This document shows positions 13,701-23,395 of a stretch of 64,000 nt of DNA, one piece after another; within the stretch, counting starts at the first letter, position 1; every line of letters starts with the position of its first letter. The notes below the pieces were generated by a model, which was not told the origin of the DNA, did no database searches, and saw only the letters and a list, made by a program, of their open reading frames with translations. The stretch lies in contig NC_092670.1 of assembly GCF_964355755.1 (NCBI RefSeq), positions 37,684,388-37,748,387 of the forward strand, written 5' to 3'. This DNA is from Antedon mediterranea. Its lineage: Eukaryota > Animalia > Echinodermata. The translations under genes were made by a program, and so were the position numbers.

Positions 13701-16700
13701 CCCAATTTATTTTTAAACAAAATTCTAATTTTGTTAATTTTATTTTACTATATTAATTGAAAGGGTTCTCTCTTTTTTTAGCGAAACAGACGACCAGAAT
13801 CCAGCAAATAACCATAAATTTTTAACAGCAGTGGTGGAAAGTCAGACAGATTTAAAACTGGAATAGTAAATGGATATTTATTTATTGACTAAATATAATT
13901 ATATAAGTTATAATCATAGTAATCATGCTGATGATGATAATGATTGGTGTGATTGGAATCATAGGATAGATTATCACTATTATGCTGAAAATGATATTAT
14001 AATAATAATAACTACAGATACTATGTTCCATAGACCCGAAGCTTTGAACACTTTGTAAATTTAACTTGCTAACAAAAAATATGAACAGGATTCCTGTTTT
14101 AATTAAGTAACTTTTTTTTTATTTAGTACTAAAGATAAATCACAGTACGAGGTAAGTGGTCAGGTCAGAGGTGAATGTGCAATGGAGAATTTGGAAATGA
14201 TCGGAAGTTTTGTTCAACACAATTGGACAGTAAGTAGCTTGGACCACTCATACCATTATCATCATCTTCCTTTACTGTGTGTAGAAGTACCTTGTTTTTT
14301 AAGTATAGTTATGCATGGTTGGTCACATTTATGCATCTTAATTTTGTCTTAAAATTTTGCGTTCCAGACGTTTCATTTATTTTTTTTTATGGTTAAGTTT
14401 TTAATGCTGTTGCAACTCCAATAGATTCTCATAGCCCCTGTGCTTACAATAATAATAATAATATTAAAGAGTGCCAATAAGGTTTATCGCAAATAGTTTT
14501 AGTGATGCATGATGGGAAGGAATTGTGAGCAATAGTGCCACCACCGGTATATAAAGTTTTATTTTACGGTGGTACTATTGCTCCAAAACCCTTCCCATCA
14601 TTCATTGTGCAATGACGTTCCTCGTGAAATCAAGCTATTTGCAATCAACCTTATTATCAATGCGAATTTACTGTACTGTTGAGTGTACTGTAATCTTAAA
14701 ACAATCCTTTTACCATCCAGTGTTATCTCTATTGCCTTGGCCTTTCACCATTTTAAAAGTAATTTGAAATTAAACATAATTGAAATGGTTGCTCATATCA
14801 CTGTCGTTTGTATTTCAGGTAATTAATGATGGACTCGTAGAGGTTCCAGAAATCTTGGTCACCATCAACTTTCCATATGAGACGATGTCTGGTAAGTGGT
14901 TACTGTACTTAACAGAGATGCCGATACTTAGTGGGGGATCATCTAGCTACTGTGTTCTTCCACAAAATTCTGTTGATGTTCTTAATTTGACGGTAAGAAA
15001 AAATTATAAATATTATTATGTATTATTATTGATATTTATTGAAATTCAACATCCAAATTATTTGAACAAAAAAGCAAAAAATGCTGAATTTAGTTCTAAT
15101 TTACATTAAAAACATTAAAAGGTAAAAAGTAGGCCTACAATAAATATAAAAATATAGATATATACAAAAGGCAACCATTCATTCATTATAATTTTACAAA
15201 AACAAAAACATTTTTTAATAGAAATTAAAAAATATATGCACGTTTAATAAAAATGTATACTTTATATGTAACTAATTAAACTAAAAGATTAATTCAAAAT
15301 TTTTTTATTATTATTATTTAAATAAATTAAATGTTTCAGCATCCAAGAGGAAAAGATGACAATGGAAACGTAAAAACCTGCTTTCCCCGAGAAACACGCA
15401 GAAAGCGACGAGAGGCCGAAGTACTTCCAACTCCACAAGCGCAATCTAAAAAAACTTTACAGTTTGTAAGATATTGTGGTTTTTTGTACTTGGACAAATT
15501 TGAAAATAGTTTACAGAAATCTCATTTCCTTAATTCATTTAGTACCAAACAATTAAGAATGGCATTATCAGAATAAATAAATAAATAGTTTGTATTGATT
15601 TCATTGTATAATACATTGTACAATACAACAATGTGTCCACACTGATGAAGTTAGTGTTTTAGACACTGACAAAGTTTACAGTATTTACAGGACCTTTTGA
15701 GGCATAACGAAAGTAGTATCCCAAATTAATTGTCCCAATAGTCTTTGTAGTTGTAGTAATGATGTCACATTTTTCATATACACTAATTAATTTAACATTA
15801 TTTGTTTTTCAGAAATGTAATTCCACAGTTTCTACCGCTAGATGTTTTCCAATTAAGTGTTATTTTAGGAATGTAGAAAGCAAAGGATCGACTAAAATTG
15901 TTATTAATTCACGTTTGTGGAATAGTACATTTTTAGAAGTAAGTATTAAAAATAGCCCCTCATAATAAAAAAAAATTGTAATTATGTAAAATTATTGATG
16001 AAATACATCAAAGATCAACCTGATCTCACACACCTGATTACATATACCTGGTCCAACACACCTGATCTCACACACCTGATCTCGCATACCTGATCTCACA
16101 CACCTGATCTCACACACCTGATCTCACACACCTGATCTCACACACCTGATCTCACACACCTGATTCCACACACCTGGTTACATATACCTGGTCCAACACA
16201 CTTGATCTAACACATCTGGTTACATATACCTTGTTACATATACATAGTCTAACACACCTGATTCCACACACCCGATCTCAAACCTGATCTCGCACACCTG
16301 ATCTCACTCACCTAATCTCACACACCTGATCTCACTCACACAATCTCACACACCTGACCTCACTCACCTAATTTCACACACCTGATCTTACTCACCTAAT
16401 CTTACACACCTGATCTCACACATTTGATCTCACTCACCTAATCTCACACGCCTGATCTCGCACACCTGATTCCACACACCTGGTTACATATACCTGGTCC
16501 AACACACCTGATATCACTCACCTAATCTCACACACCTAATCTCACACACCTTATCTCGCACACCTGATCTCGCACACCTGATCTCGCATACCTGATCTCG
16601 CACACCTGATCTCACTCACCTGATCTCACTCACCTGATCTCACTCACCTAATCCCACACACCTTATCTCACACACCTGATCTTGCACACCTTATCTCACA

Positions 16701-19700
16701 CACCTAATCTCACACACGTGATCTCACTCACCTAATCTCGCACACCTGTCCTAAGTTATGGTTTATAGTAAAGTATGTTCTTTTTTTTCTAGGATTATGT
16801 GGATGAAGATGTTTTGCAAATACAAGTGCAGGGAGTTGTTGAAATTAGTAATGGTTCATATATAAAAGAAAAGGAGCCTGGCAATGATATGACATTGGTA
16901 ACTACAAAACAACTTTATAGATACATTGTGTACTATAGCCATTGGTTGGATTCTAGTACATTTATTATGAGTAATAGTGTTAATGCATAGTTCTCAATTC
17001 TAGTGTACCTCCCACACATTTGATATTTACAAAGAGATGTAAAGTTTGTAACCGACTTTGTTAGGACACCACTAAAGGAAGCTTCACTATTTTGTATAGA
17101 AATGAGATTTCTTTTGATGTTTTCGTAATACAAACAATTTAAATAAAACTTTCTTTTCCAGTTAACAATGGACGTGTATAGAGATTTTACTATATCCCCT
17201 ACAACACCATCCTTGCAATGGTGGATTATTTTATTAGCTGTCATTGGAGGACTTCTTGTGCTCATCTTAATTATCCTCTGCCTATGGAAGGTAAGAGTTG
17301 ATTTTCATTATTTTGTACAGAGTGGCCACATGAAGCAGACAAACATTACTGTGTACTGTATATTTATATGTACATGGGTTTTAAGTTAGAGGGGAAATGG
17401 TTAACAGTGATGACATTAAACAAATTAGGGAACATAATTTTAAACAAATTGGATTTCGCTATGTTATAATATTTGGTAGAACTTTTTAAAGAATGTATAT
17501 AAATGTGTAAAATCTATGTACACATAAAGATAGTATTCACAACGCCTCGTAAAATCTCATCATATGATGCCATACCAATTGAACAATATGTTGAACAGGT
17601 AAATGGTGACATTTTTAGGAGTCCCAGTCCTGTGTACTTAAGCCCGGCTGAGCCAACTGGCACGAGTAACACTTTGCTCACTAAAAAAATTTCCGCCAAC
17701 TATGATCGCGTTCTATCGGACGCACACTAAACTCGTACATGATTTTCTGATTGGATAATTATTTACTTCGCTATACGGCGCGTGCTGACAATGACATAAT
17801 AAATAAATCAGAACATACCATTTGCAGTGGAATTTTTTAGTGAGATATTTGCTCACGTACGGCGCACAATTGTGGAAAATGACACGTGTGCCAAACAATA
17901 CTAAACACAATAGATATTTTCCTCAGCGACACGCATGCCGATTCCTCACAAATTGTCCGGTGCACACTGTGAGCAAAGTGTTACTCCAGTTGGCTATAGT
18001 GTGCGGCAGGCTTTTACCGCAGCTGTTGCAGTATGTTGGACATGAACAGATAAATGCTGCCATTTACTTAACCTCGACTGTTGACTGTCAGTTGTACATG
18101 AGTGCTTTTAACAAGAATACGGTGGAACTTTACTAGTATTGATGATAGTAATATCATATTGATAGTGAATTAAATTATTACTTTTTTGTTTCTGAAAATT
18201 TTTGTAGAAGTGAGTACACATATTACATTTCATTACAGGTTGGGTTCTTCGAGCGTCACAGCAATTGCCCAGTAGGTTTAAATGTCGCAAACACTAAATT
18301 AATTGTCTCTTCTTTTTTTGTGTAAACCTGGTTTTTGACTGTGAACATATTTATTGCTACTAAATAAGGCCTGACATATTACTATAGGCCTACTAGTGCA
18401 TTCTGTATTTATTTAACTATGACAACGTTGAAACACATAAGTGAATTTATTAGTTTTTGTACACCTCTACGTCTTAATAAGCAGTTTCAGCTATGACTGT
18501 ACATATTAATTACATACTATGTTAGGCCTACTAGTGCATCCTGTATTTATTTAACTATGACAAAATTTAAACACATTACTAAATTTATTGTTTTTTCTAA
18601 GCCTCAATGTATTTGGTGGTTTTCAACTGTGACTGTTCATATTAATTGCTACTAAATAATGCCTTAGGCATTCTGTATTTAATATATATAGGAAGAAGAG
18701 TGTTTTTCACAACAAAATGTCTGCCACAAATCAGCAATACAGATATAATAGTTGGGTCGCTTAGGTCCTATTTTTGGCCATATTGTGCCCTATGTTCCTT
18801 CATAAATCGTAAATAAAATTGTGTTATATACTGATATATTTTGGATTACAAACAACAGCCATCATCAGTATGTCAGGGCATGTCAATTTGCATCACTTAG
18901 GTCAACCTCTAGTATTTTCAATGCAATGCAATAGGTGAATGTAATGTACCAAAATGTTGGTCAGACTATCATCCTACTCTGATGGCGTCAGAGTACGTAA
19001 ACATCTTAGCTCTCTGACGTCAAGCGATTTTGTAGTAGTTTTTATTTATCAAAATATTCGTTGCTATGAAAAATCCTACTACTAGTGCATTTACAATACT
19101 TTGCGTAACCATAACATTATTTGACTCTTGCCTTCTAGGGAAATAAATGTTGGACTTAGTTTATATAATTTTGGGGTGTTTCCTAAACATCATTCCATCC
19201 ATTCTTGACTTTTAGCAAAAGTTATAGATTCTATTTAATGTACAACCTTGACTTGCCTTTAATGTATTTGTTTGTGGTAATCAAAGCGTAACCTTGTAAA
19301 CTTGTGCATATTTTTATTGTTTATTTGTTAATGAGAACTTGCATGCAACATCAGTAAATGTGCCAATTAAAATATTATGTTGAGTGTGATGTGCATTTCT
19401 TGTTGGTATGGCAGAATTTAGCTTTCACTTGTGTCACTATCAATTCAAATGTTTATTTTCTGTTGGTTTTTTTTTTGTATGTGTCTATTTATATGCATTT
19501 TTGGAATTATTTGATTATTTTCGGCTTTATTGATTTGGTTTTGACGTAGGTGTTAACATTTTGTTTTGAATGTTTGGTAAAGTGTTTTAATGTAAGATTG
19601 TGCCATTAATAGTCTTTCCATATTTATCTTTTAATGTTCTCTTAATTATTATTATTCTTTCCAGTGTGGATTTTTTGAAAGGAAGACTATGAACTATAAG

Positions 19701-19790
19701 TACGCTACAGTGGAACAGAAGGCAGGTCGTAAGGCAAAAAAAGACAAAACATACATGGCAGATGATATACATTATACTGGCGGATTCTAG
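4640..19790 (+). CDS. ITGA6: Integrin alpha subunit, laminin-binding clade (ITGA3/6/7-like, PS1 group); multi-exon gene, 5' exon(s) upstream of window
   Basis: 22 phase-consistent GT-AG exons plus two alternative tail exons. FG-GAP repeats (LLVGAP, QWLGVNVRSQGPGGLIVTCAHRY, YCQAG, DINGDG, DMDNNG), GKWLLYL, furin site RRKRRE, SRLWNSTFLE, TM helix WWIILLAVIGGLLVLILIILCLWK, GFFER tails. The symbol indicates the closest family; probably co-orthologous to ITGA3/6/7. Confidence 0.95.
5040..5125 (+). CDS. integrin alpha exon (ENKTDQWLGVNVRSQGPGGLIV)
   Basis: ctcag acceptor, gtaag donor; motif near-identical to ITGA6/7. Confidence 0.92.
5239..5470 (+). mobile_element. tRNA-derived SINE
   Basis: A box TGGCTTGGTGG and B box GGTTCAAGTCC followed by a non-tRNA body; a related decayed copy lies near 50560-50660. 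Confidence 0.7.
5471..5720. mobile_element. pogo/Tc1-mariner-type non-autonomous element
   Basis: Inverted ends tgtatatcctcgggtaaagtcccacc / ggtgggattataccagaggatataca; related fragment at 12155-12221. Confidence 0.6.
5837..6061 (+). CDS. integrin alpha exon (TCAHRY...YGYCQAG)
   Basis: cgtag acceptor, GAG|gtaatt donor, open frame. Confidence 0.9.
6564..6720 (+). CDS. integrin alpha exon (AIGAPGSHQFSG)
   Basis: ttcag / gtatgt, phase consistent. Confidence 0.9.
6786..7170. repeat. 24-bp minisatellite (tagtgctctgagcctcttccaggg), about 15 copies
   Basis: Directly visible; explains ORFs 6737..7048 and 6891..7175. Confidence 0.95.
7345..7552 (+). CDS. integrin alpha exon (GFSIS...SGAPR...DINGDG)
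   Basis: tacag / gtaagc, Ca-binding DxNGDG. Confidence 0.92.
7895..7985 (+). CDS. integrin alpha exon (LEDIVVGAP...GGRIYIF)
   Basis: tgaag / gtaatt, FG-GAP. Confidence 0.9.
8133..8256 (+). CDS. integrin alpha exon (DSMFGLSLANLRDINGD)
   Basis: gttag / gtaatt, FG-GAP. Confidence 0.9.
8723..8975 (+). CDS. integrin alpha exon (LVVGAPYE...TFGYSLSAGMDMDNNGSPDVLIGAF)
   Basis: tatag / gtaagg, last propeller blades. Confidence 0.93.
9533..9634 (+). CDS. integrin alpha exon (RTRPIINP..., thigh start)
   Basis: ttcag / gtgagt, R-x-RP motif after the propeller. Confidence 0.9.
9816..9874 (+). CDS. integrin alpha exon (CFTVSLVLQY)
   Basis: ttcag / gtaaag, phases 2 to 1 fit neighbouring exons. Confidence 0.85.
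9902..10129. mobile_element. pogo/mariner-like MITE (TACCRTATTTATT ends)
   Basis: taccatatttattcgaataaa ... tttattccaataaatacggta. Confidence 0.55.
10227..10513. mobile_element. TTAA-flanked TIR element (Kolobok-like MITE)
   Basis: ttaagatatattgtcccc ... ggggacaatacatctttaa. Confidence 0.6.
10597..10772 (+). CDS. integrin alpha exon (LEADVDR...SRVSF)
   Basis: tttag / gtagat, thigh domain. Confidence 0.88.
11242..11397 (+). CDS. integrin alpha exon (KPYDDIFSSI...AILD)
   Basis: taaag / gtaagg, open frame. Confidence 0.85.
11852..11934 (+). CDS. integrin alpha exon, genu (FKKRCDQDDGVCITDL)
   Basis: tgcag / gtatgt, genu C-x-x-D-x-x-x-C-x-x-DL motif. Confidence 0.9.
12255..12393 (+). CDS. integrin alpha exon (calf-1, EDAYFA)
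   Basis: tacag / gtaggt. Confidence 0.87.
12946..13032 (+). CDS. integrin alpha exon (CHLGNPF)
   Basis: ctcag / gttggt, conserved C-x-LGNP. Confidence 0.9.
13144..13223 (+). CDS. integrin alpha exon (KMTTLTF...FNITAT)
   Basis: tacag / gtaagt. Confidence 0.85.
13478..13662. mobile_element. MITE family AGCTCTGTCTACACTATCAAAC (Harbinger-like)
   Basis: Terminal inverted repeats; other copies or fragments near 11943-12078, 12477-12725, 13335-13360, 20875-21008, 44216-44290 and 48443-48538. Confidence 0.75.
13782..13865 (+). CDS. integrin alpha exon (DQNPANN...TDLKLE)
   Basis: tttag / gtaaat, phase 2-2. Confidence 0.83.
14127..14229 (+). CDS. integrin alpha exon (GQVRGECAM...IGSFV)
   Basis: tttag / gtaagt; resembles ITGA6 VVGEQAM...VGS. 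Confidence 0.85.
14819..14992 (+). CDS. integrin alpha exon (VINDG...GKWLLYL)
   Basis: ttcag / gtaaga. Confidence 0.92.
15340..15465 (+). CDS. integrin alpha exon with heavy/light chain furin site RRKRRE
   Basis: ttcag / gtaaga. Confidence 0.9.
15813..15938 (+). CDS. integrin alpha exon (SRLWNSTFLE)
   Basis: ttcag / gtaagt; signature of the ITGA3/6/7 clade. Confidence 0.93.
16015..16750. repeat. 14-bp minisatellite (cacacctgatctca), about 50 degenerate copies
   Basis: Directly visible, intronic. Confidence 0.95.
16793..16897 (+). CDS. integrin alpha exon (DYVDEDVLQI...)
   Basis: tctag / gtaact. Confidence 0.87.
17162..17290 (+). CDS. integrin alpha transmembrane exon
   Basis: tccag / AAG|gtaaga; WWIILLAVIGGLLVLILIILCLWK. 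Confidence 0.93.
18239..18325 (+). CDS. integrin alpha alternative cytoplasmic exon A (VGFFERHSNCPVGLNVANTKLIVSSFFV*)
   Basis: cattacag acceptor, phase 0, GFFER motif; 3' end uncertain (possible donor after 18271). Confidence 0.65.
   Translation, partial: VGFFERHSNCPVGLNVANTKLIVSSFFV
19665..19790 (+). CDS. integrin alpha cytoplasmic exon B (CGFFERKTMNYKYATVEQKAGRKAKKDKTYMADDIHYTGGF*)
   Basis: Long pyrimidine tract plus ccag, phase 0, GFFER, stop TAG at 19788-19790. Confidence 0.88.
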   Translation, partial: CGFFERKTMNYKYATVEQKAGRKAKKDKTYMADDIHYTGGF

Positions 19791-20039
19791 TAAGAAAAGA
19801 TACCTAGGCTTTGAAATTAGATTAAAGTTTTAATTAATTAATCCAGATACAACCATGCAGCACCGTTATTACTGCCATTGTATAAGTGTAAAGCTCTTAA
19901 AGCCTATGCTATGGGTTACACAATCGTGCATATGACGTGTACCACTAGGAGAAATAACACAGTACACATCAGTGAACATCATAAGAGTTTATTTATTTAA
20001 TCGGATGTCATGGATTTTGGCCCTTATTGACCATATTAG

Positions 20040-20275
20040 TAATTGATCATAACCATCATTAACCATATGGGCCATTGATAATACCTCATTGACCCTATGG
20101 ACCATTGATAATATGCTTCATTAACTCTATGGGCCATTGGTCATAAGCATCATTAACCCTATGATGGGCCATTGATAATAAGCATCATTAACTCTATGGG
20201 CCATTGATAATATGCTTCATTAACCCTATGGGCCATTGATAATATGCTTCATTGACCCTATGGACCATTGATCAT
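20040..20275. repeat. about 31-32-bp degenerate tandem repeat (cattaaccctatgggccattgataatatgctt) in the probable integrin 3' UTR
   Basis: About 7 copies visible. Confidence 0.8.
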
Positions 20276-21806
20276 ACTGTGTGTTTAGGCCATAAATCAT
20301 AAGCACATGGCCCTTTGATCGTATAGTTCATAAGGTCCAATAAACCTATGGCTCATTGGTCTAGATGTTCATTTGTTGACTCCATCTGACTCATTGAGCT
20401 TGAACATTTAATATACTTTGAGAACACACTTAGTGTCAAAGGTCACTTACGATTTTAGCGATTGTAATTAGATTAAAGCAAAGTAAGATAACCAAAGATT
20501 TTAAAGATTTGATATAATAGTGACATTACTTAATAATAGCTTCATCATCTTTTTCACCTCTTTCACAATTCATCATCCGCTTTTAAAGTAGAACACTCAA
20601 TTCTGTATAAATAAACAACTACACCTGTAGCTAGTAGTTAAAAAATTATACCTGATTCACACATACAACTCAGATAACATACTGTTGCATAAATATTTCC
20701 TGAGACAATTTAACATGCTAGTTTATCACTGTGTGTGTAGTGTAATCACTGTGTACCATGTTTTGGAGATTATGGATAATTTACATCAATGTAACATGCT
20801 TTCAAACATCCGTACCAAAGTTAACAAGGCTGCTCCAATATTTTGTAAGATAGTTGTATATGTGAATAGGATGTTACACTATCAAACTTTACGTGATAAG
20901 AAATGTTATGTGCCCATAATATGGCATGAGGATGTCATATCACTACCATATTTGGGCACATCACACTTCTTTTTGTCAAAGTAGTTTGATAGTGTACACA
21001 GAGCTTTACTCTTTGCAAAATAAAAATGTGTTTAATATGAAAATGTGTAGGATTGAAAGGAGAGAACGTTGTTATAATTGTCATACAAAATGTAGGTTTT
21101 AACATGATTTTCCTTCAGAATTTTAAATACTGTAAAAAAGAGTATTTTATTATAGTAATATCGATGTAAAAAATAGATAATTAGTTTTACAGTTTAGTCC
21201 AGATTAAACATCGTCAACTTTTCAATCACCATCACTAATGTAAAATTAATTATTATTACATTACAGTATTATAGATTAATGTTAAAGATGTGACAACAAT
21301 TGTATTCAATGTTTTATTTAAAGTTAACTTAAGAATTTACACTGGCTGGCAGTCACTGTATGTTTTTAACATTATCTGTATAAGCAATTAGTTACTTATT
21401 CTGTTAACACATTCATTTCATTCATGTTGATAACTGGAATGAATGCATTAACATATGTTTTGCAATTTAAAAAAAAAAGTGATATAGGTACGATAGTAAG
21501 TCTATGCAAGAGCTTAATACTGCAATTTTTGCAATTTTTTTTTAGGTCATTATTGAATGTGGCGTATCATAGATTTGAGTTGCTTCCGGTGGTCAGGTCA
21601 GACTCACTGTGTGTTTTTGCTAATGTGTACATTTTTTACAAAGTAAAAGGCACTTAAAGGCGATCCGGTACAAAATTTAATTTTGGAACCCCATAATGTT
21701 TTTGCCCCTTAATAAGGGTGTTTTTTTTTTAGGGTTGGACAGTGTTAAAACCGTACTTTTCCTCTTGTTCCTCAACAGGGAAGTTGCCACTGAATAGGGG
21801 TGTCCC

Positions 21807-22330
21807 ACATTGTGTCGCGCGACCCTGGCGCTACAACATCGTGTCGCGCGACCCTGGCGCTACAACATCGTGTCGCGTGACCCTGGCGCTACCACATCGT
21901 GTCGCGCGACCCTGGCGCTACCACATCGTGTCGCGCGACCCTGGCGCTACCACATCGTGTCGCGCGACCCTGGCGCTACCACATCGTGTCGCGCGACCCT
22001 GGCGCTACCACATCGTGTCGCGCGACCCTGGCGCTACCACATCGTGTCGCGCCACCCTGGCGCTACCACATCGTGTCGCGCCACCCTGGCGCTACCACAT
22101 CGTGTCGAGCCACCCTGGCGCTACCACATTGTGTCGAGCCACCCTAGCGCTACCACATTGTGTCGAGCCACCCTAGCGCTACCACATTGTGTCGAGCCAC
22201 CCTAGCGCTACCACATTGTGTCGAGCCACCCTAGCGCTACCACATTGTGTCGAGCCACCCTAGCGCTACCACATTGTGTCGAGCCACCCTAGCGCTACCA
22301 CATCGTGTCGCACCACCCTAGCGCTACCAC
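21807..22330. repeat. 29-bp GC-rich minisatellite (cacatcgtgtcgcgcgaccctggcgctac), about 18 copies
   Basis: Directly visible; explains three overlapping ORFs at 21742-22205. Confidence 0.97.
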
Positions 22331-23395
22331 TTTGGGACCCACTCTTAATAATAAAAAATTGTGAATCTGCATCAAATCTAAATGAATGTGTGTATATTGT
22401 GAATTTTTGTTGTGTTTTGTATTATGTAGTGTTATCAAATTTATACCAATTATGATTTAAAGTTATACCAAAATATGATTTAATCATCTAATATTTATTG
22501 TGATTTGATTTTTGTATGTAAATGTTTTAATAAAAATAACACTTCTATTTTATCGCATTGTGTTACATTTCTTTGCAATCAAAACACCCCAAAGTTTTGT
22601 TCTCGTTATTTTATGTACGTATAGTTTCAAATCGATGTTCGATTCGACGTTTGTACGTTGTGCGCGTACAGGGTACTACAAGGTCACGTATAGGCCTACC
22701 ATTGCTACTTATTGCTGTTATGTACGCATAGTTCCAAGTCGATGTTCGATGTTTTTTTGCGCGCGTACACGATACTACAAGGTCAAGGGTTATATAGTGT
22801 CGACGGATGTATAACGAAAGTTCTGGGAAATTAGACATTTTGTTTACAATAACGTGGGTTTTTTTTTTATTATAGTGTGTGCAGTTTAAAAGAAGAACAA
22901 GCTATAAACCCACAAATTATATAATTTATAGGTTCTATAGATTAGGTGTTCTAATAGTAACAAAATATTATTGAATGACATACCAATAGCCTATACAGTA
23001 CTACGTATTGACGATGCATATGCACTTTGTATTGTCTATAAGCTGACGTTTGTACACGTCACACGCAGTAGGGATTCCCCAGCAGTATGTCTAAGGCAAG
23101 GCATTCCGACATTCCCACCCGCTGGATGTTGTATGCTTGAAACATAAATTGACACCACTATCAATTGAATGCTTTTGCGTGTTTAATTAATCTATATCAA
23201 AGAACTACTTTTTAATTTCACATGAACATAAAGATTTAAATACATTATTTAAAAAATAAATTTAAAGATATATGTGGTGTGTGTATATATAAATAACAAG
23301 GTACATAATAAATTCAAATTTATTTTAATGTATTTAGGTGACTAACTTGTTCGAGCTCTTTTGGTCTTCCTTCGTTCACTACCTTTGTTATTATT

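Noticed and set aside
15641-15685. Hammerhead-ribozyme-like CTGATGA plus stem (gttagtgt/acactgac)
   Set aside because: The catalytic GAAA lacks its G and stem I does not pair; at best a decayed Penelope-type motif. Similar weak remnants lie near 755-785 and 1653-1690.
19550-19576. Possible micro-exon (tag|gtgttaac...ttg|gtaaag) between the two tail exons
   Set aside because: Only splice-like dinucleotides support it; there is no protein motif evidence.
21742-22205. Three overlapping repetitive ORFs
   Set aside because: A 29-bp minisatellite that is open in all frames.
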